A stretch of 64,000 nucleotides of DNA, taken from assembly GCA_964035575.1 (NCBI GenBank), contig OZ037836.1:930001-994000 (forward strand), written 5' to 3'. Each line of letters opens with the position of its first letter. Positions within the stretch are counted from its first letter, which is position 1. A model generated the notes under the pieces. That model had not been told where the DNA came from, searched no databases, and saw only the letters and a program-made list of their open reading frames with translations. This stretch comes from Rhynchopus sp. YZ270_cl-10. Lineage: Eukaryota. Made by a program: the position numbers and the translations under genes. This document shows, piece by piece, positions 11,022 to 22,652 of this stretch.

Positions 11022-13694
11022 TTAGAATACCCTATCACAATCGTTCACACACAGCAACACTACATCTTCCACAGCAGCCTTCTTCCCTCGGGTGAAAACG
11101 TCGGCCTTTTGCTCTTCGGAAGGTACCCAGGAGCAGGAGATTTGGAGGTGACGAGCCTCTGCAGTCTCGAACAGGCTCTGCAGAATGCGGTTCGCACGGT
11201 ACTTCGTCGAGTGACCGTTGACGATGCATTTCACCGCGGGAAGGTTGTCCACGAACAGGTGTAGCTTCACGTTGGACGTCAGGGATGCTGCCAAGGCCAC
11301 CGCCTGGTGTGCGGCGTACAGCTCCTTGTAGAAAATATGTTGAGGTGACCATGCACTGTTGAATATGCCTTGCGCTACTTTCATAAAGTCACCCTCGACC
11401 AACGCTGCCCATTCGCGGGAGGACGCATCTGACCACGCTGTCACACGGGGCACATTCGGCTGTGGGTAAATCCAGTTGTTCACGTTCATCAGTGCGGTTC
11501 TCTCAATGGTTTCTGTTCGTGTCGACGGGCGAAGCGGTACGGGTAAGTCCCAGTTGAGGATGTCGGTAGCAGTGAAAGCTGCAAGTTCAGCTATGAAGGA
11601 GAGAGAGGCGGCTAAAAAACAGAGGCGTCTGTTGGTAGTGTAACAATGCCACACAATGGATCCAAAAACTGTGAAGAACTCTCGTGGGGTGATCTGTGCC
11701 GTATGGAGCCTTTCGCATTCCTCCTTTTTTGAAAATTTTTCGAGCCATTTTGGATCTGATTTGTAACGTTGATGTGTAAGGTCGAAAGCAAGCCCAAGGG
11801 TGGTGAACTTTTGTGTGGCAACCCCGTATACCTCCCCGTCCGCGTGCATGGTTGCGTTCACGTAAGCGCATCGGTTCAGAAATTTCTTGTAGTTTTCTTC
11901 CACTCCCTCACGTGTTTGGGACAGTAAGATGAAGTTGTCGACCCATGTAACACCCTCCTCGTCAGGTAGAAGCGTGCGCGCAGTCCTCTGTGCCAAACAT
12001 GGGGCGAACGACCAGCCCATGCATAAAACCTTTAACCACGCATGGACAAAATCGCCACGAGCATTCCCCACATTTATGCCGAAAAACGGCCGTATGTCGC
12101 TGTGGAGTGGGAACTGGTAAAACCAGCTTTGTCCGTCAGTGAGGATGGTCCATCTCTGTATCAGAATTCTGCTGATCACGTCAGTAATGAGTGGTAGTCG
12201 CATTTGGGGAGGTCGCACCATGAGGTCGTTGAGCTTTCTCCCATCCATGACGAATCTCAAACCCCCGGATGATTTTTTGACTGTGAAACCGTGCATCACT
12301 ACAGACTGGGGACCGGATGCCTTTTCTAGGACGTCGTATTTTTGCAGGTCTTCAAAATGGGAGCCCATGTGTCGTGATATGCGGTTTTTGAGACGTGGGT
12401 CGGCTGTAAGTTTGGAGAGGGCATCTTCTCTGAAGACTTTGCAGAAGACAGTTTTTGTGGAGATAATGTCTAACAAGTTGTATGGTTCTCCTGCTTCACC
12501 CCTTAATTCGCCCCTTATGTCAATCTCTTTGAGCTTTTGGATGTCGATTCGGGTCGTGCATATGGGAGCAATCCTGTCAGAGCCTGGGGATCGTGTCTTC
12601 GATGTGGGGTTCCTGATGGTACGGTCTCTGAAGTGGACAGCAATAGCTTCATCGTATAGCATTTGCAGAGGACCGAATTCTTCACCTTCAGGGGAGGAGG
12701 ACGGGAGTTGTACATCTGGAACATCTTTGTTTATATCATGGATCGGTGGAGGGGTCAGGGCTGTGTCATAGTTGGAGAAAAGCGATGGGCCAAACTGTTT
12801 TTGGGGGAAACATTTCTGGACGTTCAGTCGTCTAATTTTATGCGTAGGGCCTGTGACAGTGATGCTGTGTCTGCAACTCTCCTTATCCCCGCCGCCGGCA
12901 GGTATCGCAGCAACCCCTCTATGGTTTTGTGTCTGGACACCTTTTGTATTTCCTCCAACGGCATTCCTTCCTTCAGGAGTTGGTAGCACGCTCCTCGCCT
13001 CAACGAGTGCGGGGTGAGGGTGGGGTTCACTTTCTTTAGTGCGGTATTGATGTGTTGGAACGTCACGTCTTTGAAGATGAGTGTGTCTCGTGACCTCTTC
13101 GCCGTCTTGAGGAGCTTCTTTAGGGTGAGAAAAGAGGAGTGTTCGATGTTCAGACCTGTCTGTTGGCCGATACGGAAAGGATCGGATTTCGTGGTTACCC
13201 AGTTCACGCTGGTGACTCCGTCCTCTCGGGTCACCACCTCCTCCGCACGCAGCCGCAGCACATCCGATGCCCTTGCCGCACCCAGCCAGCACATGCTGAT
13301 TGCCAGCTTCAGCACGGGGGAGGGAGTCTGGCGGAGTGTCTCCTCTACCTCCTCTGGGCATGCCGGTACTGCCTGCTGTTTCGGCTTCAACGCCCCCAAT
13401 CTCTTCAATGCCCCCCGGTAATCCTCCAACAGCATTGAGAATGCCATTTTGTGGTAGGCCATTCGTTGCAATGCGGAGACGATGTCGTAGGAGTACTGAA
13501 GGGCGCTGCTGTTGGCGATGCAGTCCATCTCTCGCAAGCGCTCGACCCACAGCACAATGGCCAGATCCATCTCCAGGGGGTTTCCGGTGCAGGCCTCCCA
13601 CTTCTGCTTGAACTCCAGAAACCTCCGGAACAGGTACGACAGGTTCTGCCATCTGTCTCTCGAGAGGGATTTCTTCAGGGTGTCCTTCACGCAA
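11022..13694 (-). CDS. Reverse transcriptase + RNase H (DIRS-order type); the N-terminal third overlaps the YR gene and is probably not translated
   Basis: LRFVMDGRKLN, DGQSWFYQF, LCMGWSFAP, WVDN (YxDD-position variant); RNase H motifs WSDAS, HIFYKELYA, VDN, QKADVFTR. Confidence 0.9.
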   Translation of the reverse strand: MREGHPEEIPLERQMAEPVVPVPEVSGVQAEVGGLHRKPPGDGSGHCAVGRALARDGLHRQQQRPSVLLRHRLRIATNGLPQNGILNAVGGLPGGIEEIGGVEAETAGSTGMPRGGRGDTPPDSLPRAEAGNQHVLAGCGKGIGCAAAACGGGGDPRGRSHQRELGNHEIRSFPYRPTDRSEHRTLLFSHPKEAPQDGEEVTRHTHLQRRDVPTHQYRTKESEPHPHPALVEARSVLPTPEGRNAVGGNTKGVQTQNHRGVAAIPAGGGDKESCRHSITVTGPTHKIRRLNVQKCFPQKQFGPSLFSNYDTALTPPPIHDINKDVPDVQLPSSSPEGEEFGPLQMLYDEAIAVHFRDRTIRNPTSKTRSPGSDRIAPICTTRIDIQKLKEIDIRGELRGEAGEPYNLLDIISTKTVFCKVFREDALSKLTADPRLKNRISRHMGSHFEDLQKYDVLEKASGPQSVVMHGFTVKKSSGGLRFVMDGRKLNDLMVRPPQMRLPLITDVISRILIQRWTILTDGQSWFYQFPLHSDIRPFFGINVGNARGDFVHAWLKVLCMGWSFAPCLAQRTARTLLPDEEGVTWVDNFILLSQTREGVEENYKKFLNRCAYVNATMHADGEVYGVATQKFTTLGLAFDLTHQRYKSDPKWLEKFSKKEECERLHTAQITPREFFTVFGSIVWHCYTTNRRLCFLAASLSFIAELAAFTATDILNWDLPVPLRPSTRTETIERTALMNVNNWIYPQPNVPRVTAWSDASSREWAALVEGDFMKVAQGIFNSAWSPQHIFYKELYAAHQAVALAASLTSNVKLHLFVDNLPAVKCIVNGHSTKYRANRILQSLFETAEARHLQISCSWVPSEEQKADVFTRGKKAAVEDVVLLCVNDCDRVF

Positions 13695-13777
13695 GACATC
13701 AGTGCGGCTCTTTGGGGTTGGGACAAAATTGGTTCGACTTTCAGTGGGCGGCCTCGTTTTTTCGGTTTGGGGTTCAA
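12824..13777 (-). CDS. Tyrosine recombinase
   Basis: Catalytic R..K..HxxR..H..Y pattern: GAARASD, TTKSD, HSLRRG, SRHKT, LLRY; first ATG at about 13699. Confidence 0.92.
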   Translation of the reverse strand: MNPKPKKRGRPLKVEPILSQPQRAALMSCVKDTLKKSLSRDRWQNLSYLFRRFLEFKQKWEACTGNPLEMDLAIVLWVERLREMDCIANSSALQYSYDIVSALQRMAYHKMAFSMLLEDYRGALKRLGALKPKQQAVPACPEEVEETLRQTPSPVLKLAISMCWLGAARASDVLRLRAEEVVTREDGVTSVNWVTTKSDPFRIGQQTGLNIEHSSFLTLKKLLKTAKRSRDTLIFKDVTFQHINTALKKVNPTLTPHSLRRGACYQLLKEGMPLEEIQKVSRHKTIEGLLRYLPAAGIRRVADTASLSQALRIKLDD

Positions 13778-13852
13778 AAGGTTTGGAAAGAGTGTGTGTA
13801 GGGGGGAAAAAACAGAAAGAGGGGTGGTTTGAGTTGACTCGAGGGGGTGGAG

Positions 13853-14917
13853 TCAGTTCCCCCCCTTTCCCGCCTTATCGTTCTTGGACCCCTCACGGTT
13901 TGCATCACGGTTGTATTCGCGGTTTGTGTCTCTCTGGCGGTCCCGGTCTTCTCTGTATCCACCCCTGTCTCGCGAGTCCCATCCTTTCCCCTTTTTGCCT
14001 CCGGAAGACTTAGAGGCGCGGTGGGCATCGTCGCGGGTCTTCCTCTTTTTGTCGAAAGCTTCTTTCCCCTTTGCCTTCATTTCTTCGAGGAGTCGCTTCA
14101 TGATGTGTGGTTCAAATTTTTCGACCTTTTGCGCTTTCGCCTTCACCTCGTACTCGAATCTCACTTCCTTTCCGTAGACTCCCAGGTGAATGAGAGAAGT
14201 GAGCTCCACAACGGTGGTATGGAGAAGATTAATAGTGGGTGGATGAGAGGTCTTGTCATCAGTCAGTGTGTCTATCGTCAAGAGTAGGCTGTCGATTTTC
14301 CGTGCTCGATCGATCTCGTAATCTGGGGCATCACTTAACTCTGCAGGTATCGTCGCCGTTTTAAAATGGGCGCGTACCGCATCCTTTACCAGCAGTCTCA
14401 TCTTCTTATCCTCCAACTTTGTCCATGTGCACACCACGTCAGCTGCAAAGTTTAAAGGGAGGGTTAGGTCGATTCGTTGTTCCAGAGCGTCTATCCTGGC
14501 TGACATCTCGTCCAGCTTGTTCATGATTGCTTGGAAAGAGTGTTGCGAGGTGGTGTCTGTGTCTGTAACGGCGTTGTTTCCTGCGTTGGTCTCCTCCTCG
14601 GACGATGCGTCGTCAGGGTCAATTTCCTGTGTGGGTGGGGTGGGGGTGACGTGTTTCCTCCAACAACACTCCGGGCATCGGAATGTGTCGGCGGTGAAGT
14701 TATCTAGCACCACCTGCCTGATATGTGCCGGAACGCACTTCTTCAGGCAGGTCACCGACGACGCCTTCCCACAATCTCTGCATCGTGCCCCCGCATGTTG
14801 CTGCGTGCAGGTGCCAAAGCTGCATCCTGGGGCATCGTCTGCGCGGGGATCGTCCGCCTCCACCGACAAAGGGATCGCGTCCCAGTCCACCGAGTCAATG
14901 CCGGGGTAGTCGGACAT
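13853..14917 (-). CDS. Gag-like ORF1 with a Cys/His zinc-finger region and coiled coil
   Basis: First ORF of the element; CSFGTC..H...CRDC...C...C...CPEC; basic RG-rich tail. Confidence 0.75.
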   Translation of the reverse strand: MSDYPGIDSVDWDAIPLSVEADDPRADDAPGCSFGTCTQQHAGARCRDCGKASSVTCLKKCVPAHIRQVVLDNFTADTFRCPECCWRKHVTPTPPTQEIDPDDASSEEETNAGNNAVTDTDTTSQHSFQAIMNKLDEMSARIDALEQRIDLTLPLNFAADVVCTWTKLEDKKMRLLVKDAVRAHFKTATIPAELSDAPDYEIDRARKIDSLLLTIDTLTDDKTSHPPTINLLHTTVVELTSLIHLGVYGKEVRFEYEVKAKAQKVEKFEPHIMKRLLEEMKAKGKEAFDKKRKTRDDAHRASKSSGGKKGKGWDSRDRGGYREDRDRQRDTNREYNRDANREGSKNDKAGKGGN

Positions 14918-14965
14918 TTGGATTAGGGTTTTTTTTTTTTTTTTTTTTTAGATAGGATTCGTTCT

Positions 14966-15150
14966 GGCTCTCAGGCCGGTTTTTTTGTTTTGTTGATGGT
15001 TTTCGATTCTAGCTCTCCGGCCGGTTTTTGCTGATGGTTTTCGGTTTTTGCTGATGGTTTTCGATTCTGGCTCTCAGGCCGGTTTTTGCTGATGGTTTTC
15101 GATTTCTAGCTCTCAGGCCGGTTTTGCTGATGGTTTTCGATTTCTAGCTC
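14966..15150. repeat. ~35-bp tandem repeats in the retroelement 5' UTR
   Basis: Repeated ctctcaggccggtttttgctgatggttttcgattct. Confidence 0.8.
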
Positions 15151-16940
15151 TTCGTTCTAGGCTGGACGGTCGGATTCGTTGATAGGTTCGTCTAGCCGGA
15201 TAGTTTGTTGTTTTTTTTTTTTTTTTTTTCTTCGACTTGATTTACGATATGGTTTTGTGTTTGCCAATGAAGTACAGAAAGTGTCGTGGAGCACAGGGGG
15301 GAAAAGAGGGGGAAACAAGCGGGGAGCGGGATACGCAGACGCGCGACTTTTCACGAGGGTCTCGAGCATTTTGTCAAATACTACGTGTTTACTAAAAAAA
15401 AAAAAAAGAGCGAAAAAAAAATTTTCCCTCCGGGAAGGCAGGCCTTTTTCTAAATCCGGTCCCCGTCCCCAGATTTGGAAAAATAAATTTTTTTCCCGCA
15501 CTTTTTTTCCCGCCGTCTCTACTGCGTTTTAGGGGTTCACAGGGGCTCAGAGGAGCCCGATAAAAAATACCACGTGTCTGGATGAGACCGCTCGTGCAAA
15601 ATAACCAGTTTTCGGGGAGGGAAAAAAAAGGGGGAGGGGTGCCGAATCCAGAACACCCCCCCACCAAGTCCCCCCCGTGTGGTTGAACGGGAGTACCTTG
15701 GGGAAATGGGTTGCTGACCGCACCATGAAATCCCGCACCATCCAGGCTGTACCTCAAATATTTTTTTGCCTGCGGCGCTATTATTCATTTTTTGCTCCGC
15801 AACAAAGGGTTCGTTGAGTGACTCTGTGGTGTAAAAAGCTAGATTTTTACACCGTGCCCTAAATTTTTTTTGCCTGCGGCGCCATTTTTTCTTTATTTTT
15901 TTTGCACCGCAAAAAAAAATACAGTCCCTCTGTCCCCAATGTCTTCCCTGGTCAGCAGCGCCGAAAATTATCTCATGGACCACACTTCGCTGAGGCGGTG
16001 TACGAACCAATGGTTCATTTTCTTTCAAGTCTGCCTCAACGACACATTTCGGAGGATTACTGCAGCCCTGGCCAACCTGGAGCCCTCCATCACCCTCGTC
16101 GAGGCACAAGTACCCCCTCCGCCATTCTTCCACACTATCCGTGAGGACGATTTTACGCTGCGTATGAGCAAGGGGCCAGCCCATATCAGCTTTGTCTAAA
16201 AATCCCTCCACCCATCACCCAAATATGGCCCAGATTGTGTTCAAATGGGTCAAATTTTCACAGCGCTTCCCAAATTTGTCATGGAGGCGGGCGCAAAGCG
16301 CAAAAAAACCCCGAAAAAGGGCACAAAAATCACACAAAAAAGACGCGAAAAGGGCGGGAAAACAAGTAATTGCTATCGGAAAAAAAACCGGGTGTGCTGT
16401 GGAACTCCACTCTGAAAAAAATATAATCTACAACACGCCCAGCATTCTGCTCTTCTGCAGGTATGCTAAAACGCTCTTCGTACGCTGCTGAACCCACTGG
16501 GATGCCTGCATCTGAAACTTTTAAACAGTGCGGCTGTCCTCTTCGTCCAGCACCATCTGCTCGATCGCGTTATTGGACGTAGTCTCGGCAGGCTCGATAA
16601 CCATTCGCTCGGGCGGCCTCGGCATGTTCCAGCTCGTAGTCGTCCACAGGCTCCCACGCATCGTCGTCGTCATCAGAGCAGTGCGGAAGGAACACATAAT
16701 GCACAGACGACAACACGTCGTCGATCGCACCAGGCATCGTCACATCAGCACCTCCAGAAAATCGCCAGGATGCTATGGTGGTTTCGAAAATCGCGCGGAG
16801 TTATCCACAGCACACCCCATTTTTTTTCTTAGCAATTAGTTGTTCTTGTTATTATTGTTTTCCCCACCCTTCCTTCAACCCGATCAGTTCGTATTGTTTT
16901 CGCGAAAACATGAAATTACACATTTCAAGAGAACAAAAAA

Positions 16941-17772
16941 TTAAAAAGGGTTCGCCCCCTCAATGGGACGCCGGAAACCATAATTCCTCAGTGTCAGCCG
17001 CATCATTTCAATGAAACCAAAAAGTGGCTTATTTGCATTTTTGGGCTCCGCCCGTGCAGCGGTGGGGTCATTTCGGAAAATTGGACAATTTTTTGACCAC
17101 TTAAATTTTGAGAAATATGAGCCCGGTTCCTTATACGTGGGGCCCATTTTTGGCCAAAATTTTTCTCAAAATCGACGAAATTAAAATTAGACCCCTTACC
17201 CCCCCCCAGAATCATTTCAATACACTACCTGTATTGGTTGCTGACGCGTGTATACAGGAAGGTTGGGAAAAAGTGGCTTATTTGCATTTTTGGGCTCCGC
17301 CCGTGCAGCGGTGGGGTCATTTCGGAAAATTGGACAATTTTTTGACCACTTAAATTTTGAGAAATATGAGCCCGGTTCCTTATACGTGGGGCCCATTTTT
17401 GGCCAAAATTTTTCTCAAAATCGACGAAATTAAAATTAGACCCCTTACCCCCCCCCAGAATCATTTCAATACACTACCTGTATTGGTTGCTGACGCGTGT
17501 ATACAGGAAGGTTGGGAAAAATTAAAAAGGGTTCGCCCCCTCAATGGGACGCCGGAAACCATAATTCCTCAGTGTCAGCCGCATCATTTCAATGAAACCA
17601 AAAAGTGGCTTATTTGCATTTTTGGGCTCCGCCCGTGCAGCGGTGGGGTCATTTCGGAAAATTGGACAATTTTTTGACCACTTAAATTTTGAGAAATATG
17701 AGCCCGGTTCCTTATACGTGGGGCCCATTTTTGGCCAAAATTTTTCTCAAAATCGACGAAATTAAAATTAGA
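16941..17772. repeat. 250-bp satellite, left part (with an ~80-bp extra module)
   Basis: About 3 units matching those at 26177-28260. Confidence 0.95.
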
Positions 17773-17887
17773 CACGACGGACTAGTTATGACCATGACAG
17801 GTGATTTTACTAGTAAAATGACAGGTGAAAATTTTTGACAGGTGGTACCTGTCATTTTGACAGGTACCACCTGTCAAAATACAGGCA

Positions 17888-18080
17888 CCAGGTACCCAGG
17901 TGCCCAGGTACCCAGGTACCCAGGTACCCAGGTACCCAGGTACCCAGGTACCCAGGTACCCAGGTACCCAGGTACCCAGGTACCCAGGTACCCAGGTACC
18001 CAGGTACCCAGGTACCCAGGTACCCAGGTACCCAGGTACCCAGGTACCCAGGTACCCAGGTACCCAGGTACCCAGGTACC
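17888..18080. repeat. (CCAGGTAC)n 8-bp tandem array in the left subterminal region
   Basis: Near-perfect array. Confidence 0.95.
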
Positions 18081-19388
18081 CCCAATGACATAACGAAGTA
18101 TCGCTTGAAAGTACCGTTCAATAACCTTTCTTGGGTGTGCATGAAGTAGCACACAAGGTATATCAAACGGTAAATCAATCAGATAAACGTTACATCATCG
18201 GAAAATTGTTGGCACCGCCCCCCTGTCTTCGTATTTATTACGTCGACAGGCCAAACAGCGTTGGGCTCAGAAGAAGCAGTGCAAAACACTGGGGATCAAC
18301 ATGAGAACCAACTCCCAACAACACAGGCTACCAAAGTAGCAGGTGGGGTGTTGCGGGTGTTTGGGGTGAAAGAAAATCGATTTTGGTAAGTTCCAGCAGA
18401 AAATTCTTAAGTTTGCACTAGTCGAGAGAGGCTTACCCGCTGCAGTGAAGCAGTGCACCCATTTAAGGATGGAGAAGCGTGACACGCACATACAAGTATG
18501 TACGTTACTTCAACAAAGGCTGAATTCTGGTAATTCTAAGGGATGTGAATTCAGCCACCACGCAGGTAGTGTTTTAAGGTTCCTCGCTTTGTTCTGCACA
18601 GCGGCCTTATGATACAAAGGAGTTGCCCCCGCTCTCTTTCGCGCAAACTTAAGAAAATTCTGAAGTAACTACAACCTGGCGTGCGGGTACAGATGCATTG
18701 CTTTGTTCTTTCCTCAAAGTCATGTGTGATCTCTCGGGTCTGTACTAAAGTCAGTGTTTAGATAAGCATCCACTTGACTCGTTCTAACAACCGTTGAAAT
18801 CTAGAACAAAACAACACACTGCCCCTTCTCACACCAAGCCGCCATGCTTCAAGAGCATGCCCTGGGCAAAAATTACTGTGACAAAAACTGGTTTCTGGGG
18901 GAACGCAATATTTTCTTGTGTCTAGTCCTCCGCAAGCAGAGGACAGACTTTCCGGATCCCGAAGTCGAATTTCTTGCACTAGCTATGCTCCCTGGGTTAA
19001 TGGCTATAGCAGTGACTGACAAGAGTTTCCCACCCCCAGATGAAGAAAGAACCGACGCAGAGTTGTGGCTTCTTCATAGTTTTTTCTGCATTTTATAAGT
19101 TCATCCTGTGAGGGAGGGTGTTTTTGGAGGTGTGATGGGAAGAGGAAAAGAAAAAGCAAGAAGAAGAGATATTACTTTTTTGGTGTCGCTACTAGTAAAT
19201 GACAGGTGTAAAGTATGACAGGTGGAAACCTGCCATGTCACAGGAAATGCTGTGTGTGTGTGTGTAACAAAATGAACGACCTCACCGACCCGCATAAAAT
19301 AAAACTTATAAGAACAAAACCCAAGAAACAAACAAAAAAAAAAAAAAAAAGAGAGAAAACAAACAAGAGCAAACACTCTCAAAAGAAA

Positions 19389-19690
19389 TGCTCGAGACTC
19401 GTTCCTCTTTGCTTGTTGCTCAAAAGACTATTAACGGGGGGGGGGGGGGGAAAGTAAAGATTGTTTGTTGTTCGCTTCCACACCACTTCTGCACTCAGAT
19501 TCAAGTCTTTTGGCTGTCCTTACAAGCGCCTGCCAAAACGCTCGCCTCGTGGGTGTGGACTTTTTTCTTTTTCTTTTTCCCTTTTTTTTCTTCGACTTGA
19601 TTTACGGTATGGTTGTGTTTGACTGAAGTACAGAAAGTGTCGTGGAGCACAGGGAAGAAAAGAGAGAGAGGGAAAACCGGGGAGCGGGAG
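19389..19690 (-). mobile_element. Solo terminal fragment of the YR retrotransposon (SIRE-like)
   Basis: Matches 10534-~10815 (repeat B, spacer, part of A) with some divergence. Confidence 0.85.
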
Positions 19691-19720
19691 AGGGGAAAAC
19701 CCGCAAACCTTAGATTTAAA

Positions 19721-21547
19721 TTAACTATGAGCAGATTTCATGTGCGAGTCTCTTGCTCTAGCATTTGAGAAACGTGTTGCGCACAACGGGCAGGTTTTTT
19801 TATCCAAATTCTCAGCGTGCGCATGCAACAGGTGTTGGCTTAGCCCCGCAGTTTCCCTCAAACAAAACGGGCACTTCATGATAGGTGCACGATGTTTGCC
19901 ATCGTAATGGGCAAATAATCCAACTGAAGATTCGAATCCGGTGTTGCAGATAATGCAAGTATGGTCACCATTTTCATCATCTTTTTTTTTATCCTCGCAC
20001 ACATTTTCGACATTTTCGTCATCACTGTTGACTCCAGGCTCCTCATTGCACACACAAATGAGTAAAGTTTCCCCAGCTTTATCTTTTTTATCCCATACGT
20101 ATTTTTGCCCCTCCGCCCCTTTGTTGCAAGTATGCCGCTTCATACCCAGGTTTTTGACACGAGTTCTCAAACTAGTGAAGGCGTCTGTCCAGACAGCGTC
20201 TTTCTCGGTGATGCAGGTATGAAAATGAAAAGTGTTATAGTTATATAATACAGGCAATTTTTTTCTGTCGACTGGGCCAAGTTCAGGCAGGTCGCGTTTG
20301 CAATTTTGCTCAACCAAATGCTTCTTGCTCAGTTCAAATGCCAGCAAGTCACGTTCCATGGTCTGGACAGATGTACACACAGTCCATCTCTTGCGTTCCC
20401 CATTGCACTGTTCGAAAGCCTCATCTGAGAGACATATCCGATGTGCATCCTCCACGTCAAACCAGTGCTCAAGGCTATGAGCGTATGACGACCTGGTGAC
20501 GCCTGCTTTGAAAAATTCAAGCAAAAATATGAGGGTATGGTATGAGAGGAGGGCGTAAAGGAAGTCCTTCTCGTAGGGGTTATCTGTGCCTTCGTGGTAG
20601 TGATACCTGACAGGTATGTCTTGGTACCGGAAAAAAATGAGCACCTGCATACAGCTGCACATTATTTCCCGCATGCCAACCGTTTCACGTTCAAGCATGG
20701 TGAGGAGGGTACGTGATTGAGACCCCGTCATGTTCCCATCAGAAGAACCAGTGACTGTTTCTTGTGTGCTTCCTGCGTTGGGGATGGTCTTTATCATCAG
20801 GTTCACCATGCCTTTGCAATCGTGCAACGCAGGGGTTAAGGCATAGCACGGATGCTCAAATCGGTGCGAAATGTAACTGGTGAAGCCGAGCTCATCCATG
20901 CGCTGCAGGCTACACCTCTCACACCGATGAAGCTTCTTCAGTCTGTCATCGATATCAATGGGGCAGAAAGCAGTTCGATGTTTTCCTCCTAAACCCTTAC
21001 ACAGTCTCAGCAACTCTGCATGATCACCTCCAAACCTGAAATGAAGGATAGGGATGCGCAACTTCTTAACGTAGCACCCACGCGACTGTATGGACTTCAA
21101 AGCAACGAGGCCGCAGAACAACCACCACTCGTAAAAGTCGCTTTTGGTTTTGTCCGCGACAGTCAGGAATCTACTCGCCTGAAGCCCACTGGCTAATCCC
21201 ACGGCAGCACGTTGACGACCACTTGCACTTCTGAATGCACTTCGAGGCGTGTATGCGTCAGCAGATAATACGAGGATAGCTGGTGGGGAGTTCACGGTGA
21301 AGGGGAACTTTGCAGTCAGAAAGCACACAGCCTTCTCGATGTTACCAATTAAGCTCGTTGCCTTCTCCTTAAACGGCTCCTCGCGTATCCTCAGCGTCTC
21401 TCTGGATAGACCTACCCTCAAGGATGTGTGCTTGCGGATGAGTGAGCCAATTCGTGACACTGTGGTCATTGATAGGCCCAATTCGAAGCGATATCTGGCG
21501 ATGATATCCGCAATTTTCAGGGCTGTGCCAAGGTGAAGTTCACTCAT
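19721..21547 (-). CDS. Putative DDE transposase (CMC/Transib/RAG1-like core) with three C-terminal C2H2 zinc fingers, 608 aa
   Basis: Lies within TIRs; motifs LSADAY (D97), FGGDHA (D175), PALHDCKG, MTGSQSRTLL, SYAHSLEH, DEAFEQCNG (E379); C2H2 fingers CIIC..H..H, CPFC..H..H, CPLC..H..H. Confidence 0.75.
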   Translation of the reverse strand: MSELHLGTALKIADIIARYRFELGLSMTTVSRIGSLIRKHTSLRVGLSRETLRIREEPFKEKATSLIGNIEKAVCFLTAKFPFTVNSPPAILVLSADAYTPRSAFRSASGRQRAAVGLASGLQASRFLTVADKTKSDFYEWWLFCGLVALKSIQSRGCYVKKLRIPILHFRFGGDHAELLRLCKGLGGKHRTAFCPIDIDDRLKKLHRCERCSLQRMDELGFTSYISHRFEHPCYALTPALHDCKGMVNLMIKTIPNAGSTQETVTGSSDGNMTGSQSRTLLTMLERETVGMREIMCSCMQVLIFFRYQDIPVRYHYHEGTDNPYEKDFLYALLSYHTLIFLLEFFKAGVTRSSYAHSLEHWFDVEDAHRICLSDEAFEQCNGERKRWTVCTSVQTMERDLLAFELSKKHLVEQNCKRDLPELGPVDRKKLPVLYNYNTFHFHTCITEKDAVWTDAFTSLRTRVKNLGMKRHTCNKGAEGQKYVWDKKDKAGETLLICVCNEEPGVNSDDENVENVCEDKKKDDENGDHTCIICNTGFESSVGLFAHYDGKHRAPIMKCPFCLRETAGLSQHLLHAHAENLDKKTCPLCATRFSNARARDSHMKSAHS

Positions 21548-21618
21548 AGTGTGTTTGCAGTTGTGATGTTTCTCTGTGTGATGAATTTATGTCGAGGGAG
21601 GGGTGACCCACTAAACTT

Positions 21619-22652
21619 CATCACAGCTGCAATCACACTATGAGTGAACTTCATCACGGCACAGCCCATATCATCGCCAGATATCGCTTCGAATTGGCTC
21701 ACTCATCCGCAAGCACACATCCTTGAGGGTAGGTCTATCCAGAGAGACGCTGAGGATACGCGAGGAGCCGTTTAAGGAGAAGGCAACGAGCTTAATTGGT
21801 AACATCGAGAAGGCTGTGTGCTTTCTGACTGCAAAGTTCCCCTTCACCGTGAACTCCCCACCAGCTATCCTCGTATTATCTGCTGACGCATACACGCCTC
21901 GAAGTGCATTCAGAAGTGCAAGTGGTCGTCAACGTGCTGAGGGTTAGATTCCTGACTGTCGCGGACAAAACCAAAAGCGACTTTTACGAGTGGTGGTTGT
22001 TCTGCGGCCTCGTTGCTTTGAAGTCCATACAGTCGCGTGGGTGCTACGTTAAGAAGTTGCGCATCCCTATCCTTCATTTCAGGTTTGGAGGTGATCATGC
22101 AGAGTTGCTGAGACTGTGTAAGGGTTTAGGAGGAAAACATCGAACTGCTTTCTGCCCCATTGATATCGATGACAGACTTAACTTCATGATAAAGACCATT
22201 CCCAACGTAGGAAATTTTCGCGCGGAGCGCAAAAAAAAAAAAATTTTCTTTGGAGAAGGCTCGGTTTTCCATTATTGTTACAAAGTGTAGTGATTTAGGA
22301 TCTTTTTTTTCAGGAAAATTCAAAGGATAAACCACTTTTCCGGTGACCCCCCTCCCCCTCCTATACCAAAAAAAGTTTTCCTCCCCGGATTTCGATCGGA
22401 CCCCCCTCCCCCCCTTTTATTGTTATTTTGTAACAATAAATGGAAAAACGAGCCTTCCCTTGCCCTCGGTAACCCCGTAAGCCAAAACCCCGAAACCTGG
22501 AAAAAGGCCTGGAACGGATAAAAAGATTCAAAAATGACGAAGCAATACAATGAAGAGCCTAGAGTCAACAGTGATGACGACGAAAGTATGCGACGCTGAG
22601 AGCAAGAATAATAAAAAGAAGAGACTCTCGCATGAAATCTGACAAGTTTAAT
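21619..22652 (+). pseudogene. Inverted, internally deleted copy of the transposase gene
   Basis: 21619-22212 mirrors 20771-21568 with deletions; 22549-22652 mirrors pieces of 19721-20047; an unrelated insert lies between them. Confidence 0.9.

Larger units (their letters stand above)
10534..15393 (-). mobile_element. Tyrosine-recombinase retrotransposon, VIPER/Ngaro-like, with split direct repeats
   Basis: Order gag-YR-RT/RNaseH; repeat A at ~15210-15393 and ~10703-10878, repeat B at 10884-10973 and 10534-10623; empty site visible at ~35775-35830. Confidence 0.9.

Noticed and set aside
15900..16760. Short coding-like stretches
   Set aside because: No recognisable domain or supportable exon structure.
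18100..19100. Possible third gene in the DNA transposon
   Set aside because: Only short ORFs; no motif recognised.
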